From Candidatus Sumerlaeia bacterium (lineage in GTDB: Bacteria > Sumerlaeota > Sumerlaeia > SLMS01 > JAHLLQ01): a stretch of DNA of 49,471 nucleotides. Of this stretch, positions 31,608 to 40,480 are shown in pieces. The translations under genes and the position numbers were made by a program. The notes beneath the pieces are model-generated. The model did not search any database and was not told the DNA's origin. It was given only the letters and a program-made list of their open reading frames with translations. Location: NCBI GenBank assembly GCA_033761985.1, contig JANRMB010000084.1:1-49471 (forward strand). The letters run 5' to 3'. Every line of letters begins with the position of its first letter. Within the stretch, counting starts at the first letter, position 1.

Positions 31608-33875
31608 ATGATTGAACACGTTTGGCTCATTCCGCTGATCATGTTGTCAGCCGCTCTCATCAACGGCCTTCTGGGCCGGAAGCTGGGCGTACTTACCGGT
31701 CACATTGCTTGGATATCCATGGCTTCCTGTGCCGTCATATCCTTCCTGATTTTTGGTGAAGTATGGGCAGCAGCCCATCACGACCACCACTGGCCCGGTG
31801 TCGAAGTTTCCCTTTGGTCCTGGTTCAATATTCCGAATGCCTTTGGTCCTGATCGCCACTTTGTGCTCGATTTGGCCTTCAAGGTGGATCAACTCACTTC
31901 CCTTTTCCTCTGCTTCGTTTCATTCATCGGTACTCTGGTGTTCATTTATGCCACTGGCTACATGAAGGAATACCATGATGGGCATTTGGAAGCCGACCCC
32001 GGTTATCCACGGTTCTTTACGTATGTGTGCCTCTTCGCCGCCAGCATGTTTGTGTTGGTTCTGGCGGATAACCTGGCGGTGATGTTCATCGGTTGGGAAG
32101 GCGTGGGGCTTTGCTCCTACCTGTTGATTGGTTACTTCTACGAAAAACAATTCAGCGAAACCCTGAGCTGCTCCGATGCGGGGCGTAAGGCGTTTGTGAT
32201 GAACCGGATCGGTGACGCGGGTCTGGTTGTGGGGATGGGGATTTTGTTCTGGGGTCTGGGAACGCTCAAGTTCTCTGAAATCAATACGATTCTCACCACC
32301 AAAACACTTCTTAACGGCGAGCCACTTTCCGCTGGTTTCTTCTACGGTGGTGCGTTGATCACGGCAGCTTCCTTGGCGATGTTCCTCGGTGCCACAGGTA
32401 AATCAGCGCAGATTCCCCTCTTTACCTGGCTTCCCGATGCCATGGCCGGCCCCACGCCTGTTTCCGCGTTGATCCACGCCGCCACCATGGTGACCGCCGG
32501 GGTGTACATGATCGCCCGGTTGAATGTGGTATACTTCCTTTCTCCCACCACGATGGCCACAATTGCCACCATCGGTGCCCTGACGGCGTTCTTCGCTGCG
32601 ACGATGGCGTTGACTCAGCGGGGCATCAAAAAGGTTCTCGCTTATTCCACGGTTTCCCAATTGGGTTACATGTTCCTGGGCCTTGGCGTTGGAACCATGG
32701 CCGGGGGGATTTTCCACGTATTCACCCACGCGTTCTTCAAAGGCTGCCTCTTCCTTTGCGCTGGTTCAGTGATTCACGCCATGCATCACGAAGAAGACAT
32801 GATGAAAATGGGCGGCCTGAAAAAGTATATGCCCATCACATGGATTTGCTACTTTGTGGCAACGCTGGCGATTGCGGGTATATTCCCCTTCGCGGGCTTC
32901 TTCTCCAAGGATGAAATCCTCTACCACGCTTATCTGTATGCCGGTTCCGGCTTCCCCATTCTCTGGTTGCTTGGGTGTATTACCGCGTTGCTCACCGCCT
33001 ATTATATGGGGCGCTCGTTGTTCCTGACCTTCCACGGCGGCACCGAGCGGATTGATCACCACACTGCGGAACATCTTCATGAGTCTCCCCTGAACATGAC
33101 CGCCCCCCTGATCATTCTGGCGGTCTGCTCTCTGGTTGTGGGTTTCCTGAACGTGCCAAAAGCCTTTACGTTGATCCCGGTTTCCAAGGCCGAGTTCCAC
33201 CATTTCCTTGCGCCCGTGGTTGATGCGGGTGCGGAGTTTGTGGCCAAAGAACAATTGAAAACAAAGTGGGATTATGAGGCGGGCGAGGAAATCTACGGCA
33301 GCCTTGTTTTGGCACAAGCCAACGGTTTGGCTGATTCCGCCATCGCCACCAAGGAAAACAAAACACTCGAAGTCAATCTCGCCATCGTTTCCAGCGTGAT
33401 CGCGTTGTTGGGACTCAGCTTCTCGCTCCTGTTGTTTGGTCGTGGTGTGAAGAACCCCGAAAAATTGCCTTCCGGTTTGGGCGCCATTTCCTACTACTGC
33501 TGGGGCTGGGATTGGTTCTACAGCAAAGTATTCAAGGATGGTACCATGTCTCTGAGCCGTAGCGTATGGCTAGTGGACAAAGGCTTCATCGATGGCATGG
33601 TGAATGGTGTTGCGGAGTTTTGCCGTGAGCTTGGGGAATCCGCCCGCCAACTGCAAACGGGTCGTGTACAGGCCTACGGGTTGGTCATGGTCATCGGTGT
33701 CTGCGTGTTTGTAGCATACTTCGCTCTTGGTTTGAGCACTTTCCTTGGGGAATCCTACCAGCGCGAAGAACCCCGTGAAACGACCTCTGTTTTGATTCAA
33801 TCTCCCGCACCCAACTCCGGGGCATCCCGTTCGGCAGCACCCGTTGTGGTTGCCACAACAGAAGGAAGCTTCTAA
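31608..33875 (+). CDS. nuoL: NADH-quinone oxidoreductase subunit L
   Basis: MFIGWEGVGLCSYLLIGYFYEK, GKSAQIPLFTWLPDAMAGPTPVSALIHAATMVTAGVY, AYSTVSQLGYMF. At 755 aa it carries insertions or extensions relative to E. coli NuoL as I remember it. Confidence 0.93.
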   Translation: MIEHVWLIPLIMLSAALINGLLGRKLGVLTGHIAWISMASCAVISFLIFGEVWAAAHHDHHWPGVEVSLWSWFNIPNAFGPDRHFVLDLAFKVDQLTSLFLCFVSFIGTLVFIYATGYMKEYHDGHLEADPGYPRFFTYVCLFAASMFVLVLADNLAVMFIGWEGVGLCSYLLIGYFYEKQFSETLSCSDAGRKAFVMNRIGDAGLVVGMGILFWGLGTLKFSEINTILTTKTLLNGEPLSAGFFYGGALITAASLAMFLGATGKSAQIPLFTWLPDAMAGPTPVSALIHAATMVTAGVYMIARLNVVYFLSPTTMATIATIGALTAFFAATMALTQRGIKKVLAYSTVSQLGYMFLGLGVGTMAGGIFHVFTHAFFKGCLFLCAGSVIHAMHHEEDMMKMGGLKKYMPITWICYFVATLAIAGIFPFAGFFSKDEILYHAYLYAGSGFPILWLLGCITALLTAYYMGRSLFLTFHGGTERIDHHTAEHLHESPLNMTAPLIILAVCSLVVGFLNVPKAFTLIPVSKAEFHHFLAPVVDAGAEFVAKEQLKTKWDYEAGEEIYGSLVLAQANGLADSAIATKENKTLEVNLAIVSSVIALLGLSFSLLLFGRGVKNPEKLPSGLGAISYYCWGWDWFYSKVFKDGTMSLSRSVWLVDKGFIDGMVNGVAEFCRELGESARQLQTGRVQAYGLVMVIGVCVFVAYFALGLSTFLGESYQREEPRETTSVLIQSPAPNSGASRSAAPVVVATTEGSF

Positions 33876-33878
33876 TCC

Positions 33879-35630
33879 ATGCTACTCTCGCTTATTCTCT
33901 TTCTTCCACTTATTCTTGGAACGCTGACGTTCTTCTTCGTTCCGGCAAAAGTCACCAAATACGCGGCGTTGCTGAATGCGGTGCTCACCTTCGGCCTTTC
34001 ATTGTATGCTGCCATGACCTTCGATTGGTCGGGGAATTTCTCCCAGGAAGTGTATTTGTTCGGTAAAGCGGTGGAGACCACCTTCCAACACCACTTCCAC
34101 GCTCCTTGGCCGTTGTTTGAACAATACCGGATTAGCTACACGGTGGGTGTGGATACCCTCGGGATGCTCATGGTTCTGCTGACCACCTCCTTGGGAATCA
34201 TCGCAGTGCTTTGCTCCTTCAGCGCCATTGAAGAACGGGTGGAGGAGTTCTACTTCTACCTGATGGTTCTTCAAACCGGTGTGCTGGGCGTGTTCATGGC
34301 GCTCGATCTGTTGCTGTTCTTCATGGCCTATGAAGTGATGGTTCTTCCGCTGGCGTTCCTAATCGGGATCTATGGTTCCAAGAATCGCCTGTATGCCACC
34401 ATCAAGTTTGTGATCTACTCACTGGTGGGTTCCTTGGCGATGTTCCTCGCCATCCTATGGATTTACTACAACGGCATTCAATCCTTCTGCTTGGAAGCCA
34501 TCCTTGCGGCAGATCTCGGCCCTGGGTTCCAGCGCGACCTTCCCTTCCTGGCCATGATGCTCGCCTTCCTTATCAAAGCCCCTCTCTGGCCATTCCACAC
34601 TTGGCTCCCCGATGCCCACACCGAGGCTCCCACGGCAGGTTCTGTGATTCTGGCCGGGGTTCTTCTGAAGACGGGTATCTACGGGATGCTTCGGTTTGCG
34701 ATTCCCTTGTTCCCAATCCCTGCGGTGAGCTTTGCTCCCATCTTCACTTGGCTTGCCGTGATTGCGATTATCTACGGGGCCATGTGTGCCATGGTGCAAA
34801 CGGATGTGAAGAAGCTGGTGGCGTATTCCTCCGTCAGCCACATGGGCTTCATCATTCTGGGGATTTTCTGCTTCAACGGTCCCGGCCTCAGCGGCGCAAT
34901 CATTCAAATGATCAACCACGGCATTTCCACCGGCGGGTTGTTCCTTGCGGTGGGGATGATCTACGAGCGTCGCCACACTCGTGAGATGTCCGAGTTTGGT
35001 GGTTTGGCGAAGAACCTCCCCATCTTTGCAGCACTCACCATGGTGATGATGCTCTCATCCGTGGGCCTTCCCGGGCTGAACGGTTTCGTTGGTGAATTCC
35101 CGATTCTCATCGGTTCGATGAAGAACATGCCGATGATCATGGAAGCTCAGGCGAACCCTGACGGGCTTTACGCCGCGCTTGGGATGCTGAACTACACTTG
35201 GGTAGTGGCCGCGCTTGCTGCCTCCGGGGTGATTTTCGGCGCTGTGTATCTTCTGATCATGTACCAAAAAGTGTTCTTCGGCAAACTGGAGAACCCGGAA
35301 AACATCGGCCTCAAAGATTTGAACTTCCGCGAGATTTTCCAGCTCACAGTGCTTTCCATCGCGGCGCTTGTTATTGGCCTTTTCCCGAACCTTTTGTTGA
35401 AGCCCATTCAGCAAACCACGGACTATACTTTGGAATTGGTGGCCGGACCGCTGGAAGCCTCAAACAACGAGCAATCCATCGCTGCATTCATGGAGCAGAA
35501 AGCTTCCGGGGCCGCACACGGTCATGGTCATGCGGATGATGCGCACAGCAAAACTTCTGATGGGCACGATTCCCATTCTTCCGATGCCACCAGCGGATCC
35601 AATCACGGTGAAGCCGATCACTCCCACTAA
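33879..35630 (+). CDS. nuoM: NADH-quinone oxidoreductase subunit M (His-rich C-terminal tail)
   Basis: LIKAPLWPFHTWLPDAHTEAPTAGSVILAGVLLKTGIYGMLRF, AYSSVSHMGF. Tail AAHGHGHADDAHSKTSDGHDSHSSDATSGSNHGEADHSH. Confidence 0.93.
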   Translation: MLLSLILFLPLILGTLTFFFVPAKVTKYAALLNAVLTFGLSLYAAMTFDWSGNFSQEVYLFGKAVETTFQHHFHAPWPLFEQYRISYTVGVDTLGMLMVLLTTSLGIIAVLCSFSAIEERVEEFYFYLMVLQTGVLGVFMALDLLLFFMAYEVMVLPLAFLIGIYGSKNRLYATIKFVIYSLVGSLAMFLAILWIYYNGIQSFCLEAILAADLGPGFQRDLPFLAMMLAFLIKAPLWPFHTWLPDAHTEAPTAGSVILAGVLLKTGIYGMLRFAIPLFPIPAVSFAPIFTWLAVIAIIYGAMCAMVQTDVKKLVAYSSVSHMGFIILGIFCFNGPGLSGAIIQMINHGISTGGLFLAVGMIYERRHTREMSEFGGLAKNLPIFAALTMVMMLSSVGLPGLNGFVGEFPILIGSMKNMPMIMEAQANPDGLYAALGMLNYTWVVAALAASGVIFGAVYLLIMYQKVFFGKLENPENIGLKDLNFREIFQLTVLSIAALVIGLFPNLLLKPIQQTTDYTLELVAGPLEASNNEQSIAAFMEQKASGAAHGHGHADDAHSKTSDGHDSHSSDATSGSNHGEADHSH

Positions 35631-35656
35631 AATCTTCCAACTTTGAAATCCCAATT

Positions 35657-35693
35657 AACGGCTGGATCGACTGATCCAGCCGTTTTGTTTTTC
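35657..35693 (+). terminator. Rho-independent terminator of the nuo operon
   Basis: Perfect 12-bp stem AACGGCTGGATC / GATCCAGCCGTT with loop GACT, followed by TTGTTTTTC. Confidence 0.85.
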
Positions 35694-35811
35694 TTTGGGA
35701 ATCGGTGGAAATCATACCGATGAAATGCTTGCGGTGGTTTCTGCTTTGTGGATAAATCCCTCCAAAATCACTCCACCTCATCAGGCCTATCTCGTGGACT
35801 TACAACAATCA

Positions 35812-37200
35812 ATGTTGCTTTTGGAAGGATGTTCCCTTCTGGCCACGTTTGATGACCAGAATCGTGAATTGCACGATGTGGATATCCTCATTCGCGGGGG
35901 ATTGGTGGCCGAAATTGGTTCGGGGCTTCGCAACCGCCTGTCCCTTCCGGCAGATGTTGCGTATCTGGATTGCCGAAACGCTTTGGTGATGCCAGGGTTT
36001 GTAAACGTTCACCACCACCTGTTTCAGTCGCTGACGCGTGTGGCTCCGGAAGCCCAAAACGTGGGGCTGTTTGATTGGCTTCGAACAAATTATCAGGTCT
36101 GGCAACACCACACGCGTGAAACGCTTCGGGCTGCGGCGCGGCTTTCCTTTGCGGAGTTGCTGCTGAGCGGAGTCACCACCACCACGGATCACCATTACCT
36201 TTTCCCCACGGCGCAATCCGCCGACTGGTGGGACGAAACCATTTTCGCGGCCCGGGATTTGGGAATTCGCTTTCACGCCACACGGGGGAGCATGACTCTA
36301 GGGGTGGATGAAGGCGGACTTCCTCCCATGAGTCTGGTGGAATCCACCGACCGAGTTCTTGCCGATTATGCCCGGGTGATTGAGACGTACCACTCGAGCG
36401 ACCCCACGGCGATGACGCGTATAGCTCTCGCCCCCTGCGCACCGTTCAACGTTTCGGAGGACTTGTTTCGGGAAACCGCCCGGCTGGCTGAGCAGTATGA
36501 TGTTCTTCTGCACACCCATTTGGCGGAAACGGATGACGAAACCGCGTATTGTCTGGAGCGGTTTGGTTGCCGGCCTTTGGATTACATCGCCCGCTTGGGT
36601 TGGGAAAGTCACCGGGTGTGGCTGGCCCATTGTGTTACGTTGAATACCGAGGAAATTCGTCGTTTTGCCGATCAGGGAATCGGGGTGGCTCACTGCCCTT
36701 CTGCCAACGCCCGGTTGGGGAGCGGTGTGGCACCAATCAAGGCCATGCTGGAGGCCGGGGTTCGCGTCGGGATCGGTGTGGATGGCTCTTCCAGCAACGA
36801 TAGCGGTTCTTTTGGCAAGGAAGTACGGTTGGCGTTTCTGCTGCAGCGGAGTGCGCACGGTCCTGATGCCGTTACCGCTCGCCAGATGCTCCGTGTGGCA
36901 ACTCGTGGGGGCGCTTCGATTCTCCACAACTCCAGAATTGGGCGTTTGGAGGTGGGATCCTGCGCCGATGTTCAGGTGATTCATCTGGATCGACTGGAAT
37001 TCGCCGGGGGCGGAAGTCGCGACCCCTTGGCAACCGTCGTTTTTTCTGGACTGGACGCTCCTGTTGATTATAGCCTTGTCAACGGACGCTTTACAGTGTT
37101 CGAACAGCGTCTCGCCAATCTCTCCACAACAAAAGTGGTGAACGAGGCAAACGCCGCCACGAAGACTCTGTATTCGCATTCCACCACACCGGCACGCTAA
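35812..37200 (+). CDS. Amidohydrolase, 8-oxoguanine deaminase-like (COG0402 cytosine/guanine deaminase group)
   Basis: Metal motif PGFVNVHHHLFQSLTR. Also HTHLAET, WLAHCV, GVAHCPSAN.RLGSG and GIGVDGSSSND. Overall it resembles the 8-oxoguanine deaminase family as I remember it. The ATG at 35812 is preferred because the ORF-track start at 35695 abuts the terminator. Confidence 0.75.
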   Translation: MLLLEGCSLLATFDDQNRELHDVDILIRGGLVAEIGSGLRNRLSLPADVAYLDCRNALVMPGFVNVHHHLFQSLTRVAPEAQNVGLFDWLRTNYQVWQHHTRETLRAAARLSFAELLLSGVTTTTDHHYLFPTAQSADWWDETIFAARDLGIRFHATRGSMTLGVDEGGLPPMSLVESTDRVLADYARVIETYHSSDPTAMTRIALAPCAPFNVSEDLFRETARLAEQYDVLLHTHLAETDDETAYCLERFGCRPLDYIARLGWESHRVWLAHCVTLNTEEIRRFADQGIGVAHCPSANARLGSGVAPIKAMLEAGVRVGIGVDGSSSNDSGSFGKEVRLAFLLQRSAHGPDAVTARQMLRVATRGGASILHNSRIGRLEVGSCADVQVIHLDRLEFAGGGSRDPLATVVFSGLDAPVDYSLVNGRFTVFEQRLANLSTTKVVNEANAATKTLYSHSTTPAR

Positions 37201-37210
37201 CCCTCCTTCG

Positions 37211-38368
37211 ATGATCAACTCCTCCATGGATATGACTCCGCTCCCCATCAACAACGCAAACGATCGGATGCAGCCCTTCGATCGTGGCGAGTATCAGGAA
37301 TTGGTCTACGTGGTGGATGATGAAGAGGCAGTCTGTAAAATGCTGGGGCGCTTTTTGGAACGTTCCGGGTATCAGGTCAAAACTCTGCTCTCCGGCATGG
37401 AAGCTCTTCAGCAGATGCGCATCGATCACCCCATCGCCATGATCAGTGACATTCGGATGCCTGATCTTGATGGGCTGGATCTTCTGAGCCAAGCCATTCT
37501 CTTCGACCCCGACATGGTGGTGATTTTGATGACCGGTGCTCCGAACATGGAGATCACCATTGAGGCGCTGCGGTCCGGGGCGACGGATTTTCTCCCCAAA
37601 CCGTTGGACATGAAGTTTCTTCGCGGCGCTCTCATCAAGGGCGTGGAGCGGCGTCGAGCACGGATGCTGAGCCAGAAACGCCAGAAGTTTCTGGAAGTGG
37701 AAGTGAGCAAGCGCACTCGGGAACTCACCGATGCGTTCATGGAAATTCAGAAAACGTATTCCCAAATTCAGCAGGCGTATGAAGGTTCCATCGAGTTGCT
37801 TCGCCGGGCCTCCAGTCTTCGGGACAACGATACGGGTGAGCACATCGACCGGATTCGCCTGTATTCCTCGGCGTTGGCGAAGGCGATCGGCCTGCCAGCG
37901 GAACAAGTGCAGCTTCTGGAATCCGCCTCCCCCATGCACGATATCGGGAAGATTGGTATTCCCGATGATATTCTTCACTGCCCGGGACCGCTGACGCTGG
38001 AGCAGTACGAGTTGATGAAACAGCATACCATCATCGGGCATAATCTGTTGCGCGGGTACGAGGAGCCACTCCTGAAGGCGAGTGCGGAAATCGCCCTTAC
38101 CCACCATGAACGCTATGACGGAAGCGGTTATCCGTATGGGATTTCCGGCGAGGATATTCCCCTGTTTGGGCGCATTGTGGCGATTGTGGATGTGTGGGAT
38201 GCCCTGACACAATCGCGTTGCTACAAACCTGCTTTCTCCATCGATAAATCCACCCAAATTATGGAGGATCAACGGCACAAGTTTGATCCGGTGATTCTAA
38301 GCAAGTTTTTTGAGATTATTCCACAGCTCACGGCTATTGGGAACTCGATTAAGGTACCGCAGCCTTGA
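37211..38368 (+). CDS. Response regulator with HD-GYP domain (c-di-GMP phosphodiesterase, RpfG-like)
   Basis: REC domain: VYVVDDEEAV...ISDIRMPDLDGLDLL...ILMTG...DFLPKP. HD-GYP domain: HDIGKIGIPDDIL...HHERYDGSGYPYG. Confidence 0.9.
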   Translation: MINSSMDMTPLPINNANDRMQPFDRGEYQELVYVVDDEEAVCKMLGRFLERSGYQVKTLLSGMEALQQMRIDHPIAMISDIRMPDLDGLDLLSQAILFDPDMVVILMTGAPNMEITIEALRSGATDFLPKPLDMKFLRGALIKGVERRRARMLSQKRQKFLEVEVSKRTRELTDAFMEIQKTYSQIQQAYEGSIELLRRASSLRDNDTGEHIDRIRLYSSALAKAIGLPAEQVQLLESASPMHDIGKIGIPDDILHCPGPLTLEQYELMKQHTIIGHNLLRGYEEPLLKASAEIALTHHERYDGSGYPYGISGEDIPLFGRIVAIVDVWDALTQSRCYKPAFSIDKSTQIMEDQRHKFDPVILSKFFEIIPQLTAIGNSIKVPQP

Positions 38369-38376
38369 GTGAGAAA

Positions 38377-39819
38377 ATGGAAAGTCCCGCCGATTACGAC
38401 TTGATTATCCTCGGTGGGGGAGTCTGTGGGTTGGCGGCGGCTTATGAAGCTCTCAAGCAGCAGCCATCGCTCCGGGTCTTGTTGATTGAAAAGGAGTCTA
38501 CCCTTGGGGGGTTGGCTCGATCGCTTCAATTGGGGCAACAACGGGCCGATTTTGGTCCGCATCGTTTGCACACGGAAATCCCCGAGGTTCGGAAGTTTCT
38601 TCTGCGCTATGCCCAGAAGGAACTTGAAAGTGTAAAACGGAAGTCTGCAATGCTGCTGCGGGGCGAGTGGATCGATTATCCCCCCAAGCCCTTGGAGATT
38701 CTTCGGGTTCTGGGTCCGGTGGCTGTGGCGCGGGTTTTTCTCCGTTTCGGGTTGGAAACGCTGGGTCGCCTTCTCAATCCGGGTTCAGCAAAACGGCAAC
38801 CAGACAACTTTGAAACCGTTATGGCGGCGGCCTTCGGCACGGAACTCTACCGCCTGATTGTATTGGATTACACGCGCAAGGTTTGGAAGTTGAATCCCAA
38901 ACGCATCCACGGAGACATCGCCCGGGTTCGGGTGAGTGCCGGGGGGTTGCAGCGGATGGTGAAGCGCCTCTTTGTGAAAGAGAAGGCAGGGCAGGAGACG
39001 GCGCTTCCTCAGTTTCTCTACCTTCCAGGTGGTGTGGAAACCCTGATTCACAAACTTGCTGCGGACACCGAGCGGATGGGGCTAAGCACTCAGCTCAACG
39101 CCGCAGTTGCTGGACTTGAGCGCACGGGTGGGATTTGGAGCGTGCAACTGGATTCCGGTGATATTTATACCGCCCAGCGGGTACTCTCCACAATTCCCGT
39201 CACGGAACTGGGTCAGCTTCTGTTGTCAAAAACCCCGAGTTCGCGCGTCGCAAAGGCGCTTACGGATGCCCGCTTTATCGCAAACTTTCTGGTGGCCTTG
39301 AGGGTCAAGAGGGACCGAATCACAGAGAATCAGTGGCTCTATTTCCCGGGGAAGGAAACACTCTTCAACCGGGGGTATGAGCCCAAGAATTTTTCGGAGT
39401 CCATGGGGGCTCCGGGAGAAACACTCATCCTTTTTGAAGTGACTTGCTACGAAGGCGACCGCATTTGGCAGATGACGGATGAGGAACTCGTGCGCCGCAC
39501 GCTGAAGGATTGCCAGCGGATTGGGCTCGTTTCACCCATGGAGGTTCAGGAAACCCTTGTCTTCCGAATTCCTCAAACGTATCCCCTTTATGACTTGGGC
39601 TACCGCGAGCGGATGCAAAGCGTTTGGAATTATCTTTCCGATTTTCCCGGTTTGCTGAGCACCGGACGCCAAGGGTTGTTTCTTCACAATAACATGGATC
39701 ACAGTATTTTCATGGGATTTGAGGCAGCCCGGTGGCTCCAGAAAAATTCTCCGGAACAAAAAACCGACTCCTGGTATCGAAGGGTTTCGGAGTTTCAAGC
39801 GTTCCGGATTGTGGACTGA
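38377..39819 (+). CDS. FAD/NAD(P)-binding oxidoreductase (amine oxidase / protoporphyrinogen-oxidase-like fold)
   Basis: Dinucleotide motif YDLIILGGGVCGLAAAY...VLLIEKESTLGG. C-terminal GRQGLFLHNNMDHS. The ATG at 38377 is chosen; a TTG at 38365 overlapping the upstream stop is an alternative. Confidence 0.75.
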   Translation: MESPADYDLIILGGGVCGLAAAYEALKQQPSLRVLLIEKESTLGGLARSLQLGQQRADFGPHRLHTEIPEVRKFLLRYAQKELESVKRKSAMLLRGEWIDYPPKPLEILRVLGPVAVARVFLRFGLETLGRLLNPGSAKRQPDNFETVMAAAFGTELYRLIVLDYTRKVWKLNPKRIHGDIARVRVSAGGLQRMVKRLFVKEKAGQETALPQFLYLPGGVETLIHKLAADTERMGLSTQLNAAVAGLERTGGIWSVQLDSGDIYTAQRVLSTIPVTELGQLLLSKTPSSRVAKALTDARFIANFLVALRVKRDRITENQWLYFPGKETLFNRGYEPKNFSESMGAPGETLILFEVTCYEGDRIWQMTDEELVRRTLKDCQRIGLVSPMEVQETLVFRIPQTYPLYDLGYRERMQSVWNYLSDFPGLLSTGRQGLFLHNNMDHSIFMGFEAARWLQKNSPEQKTDSWYRRVSEFQAFRIVD

Positions 39820-40409
39820 TGCTTCCAACCAGTCCTTACATCTTGCCTTTTCCCAGGCGATTCGCCCTCCGCATTCCCAGAGTATCACGATTGCCCATGA
39901 TTGAATTACTTCCGTGTAAACAAAATCCCGTGCCTGTGTTGATTCTGGCTTTTGTGTGCCAAACAGCATTCGGGGTGATTACCCTTGATGTTGCCACTCC
40001 AGTTACGGGGGGTGGTGTGGTGCAGGGTTCTACTTTGGAGCTTTACTCCTCCGTGGGGCAAACGGTTGCAGCCAATTCAACGAGTTCAAACCTGAATCTA
40101 ATTCCAGGGGTTGCGGCTGGCGATATCCTCAATCCCCAGGCTCGCTGCAAAGATGCCACGGTTCAATTAGTGGGCGGATTGGCGACGCTTACGGTGGAAC
40201 AAGTGGATGACGGAAGCAGCGACAACAGGGGTATTTCCACACGCACTCTTTCCAAAACCGAGTTTAGTTCCTCGGATGTGGGTGTACAAACGGTACAGCT
40301 CACCGTGCGGGATTTTCGTGGTTTGGAGAGTACTTGTGATTGCCTGGTCACGGTGCTGGCCAATCAGGATCCCGAGGGGAATTCCCTTTGGATGATCCTT
40401 GGAAACTGA
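39819..40409 (+). CDS. Secreted protein with an Ig-like/HYR-like beta-sandwich domain
   Basis: Hydrophobic signal segment PVPVLILAFVCQTAFG. Domain pattern CKDATVQLVGGLATLTVEQVDDGSSDNRGIS...VQTVQLTVRDFRGLESTCDCLVTV (Cys-bounded, D.GS.D motif). Start is uncertain: ATG 39819 overlaps the upstream stop (TGATG), and ATG 39897 is the alternative. Confidence 0.6.
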   Translation: MLPTSPYILPFPRRFALRIPRVSRLPMIELLPCKQNPVPVLILAFVCQTAFGVITLDVATPVTGGGVVQGSTLELYSSVGQTVAANSTSSNLNLIPGVAAGDILNPQARCKDATVQLVGGLATLTVEQVDDGSSDNRGISTRTLSKTEFSSSDVGVQTVQLTVRDFRGLESTCDCLVTVLANQDPEGNSLWMILGN

Positions 40410-40480
40410 TCTCCCTTTTCCTCTCAATCCCATTTGCACATCCACATATTCGCCTCATTTCTCTTCTTCTGGATTCATAA

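Noticed and set aside
36298-38278. Minus-strand ORFs 36298-37254 (318 aa) and 37091-38278 (395 aa)
   Set aside because: They are antisense to the amidohydrolase and REC-HD-GYP genes, which carry clear catalytic motifs. The ORFs themselves have no motifs.
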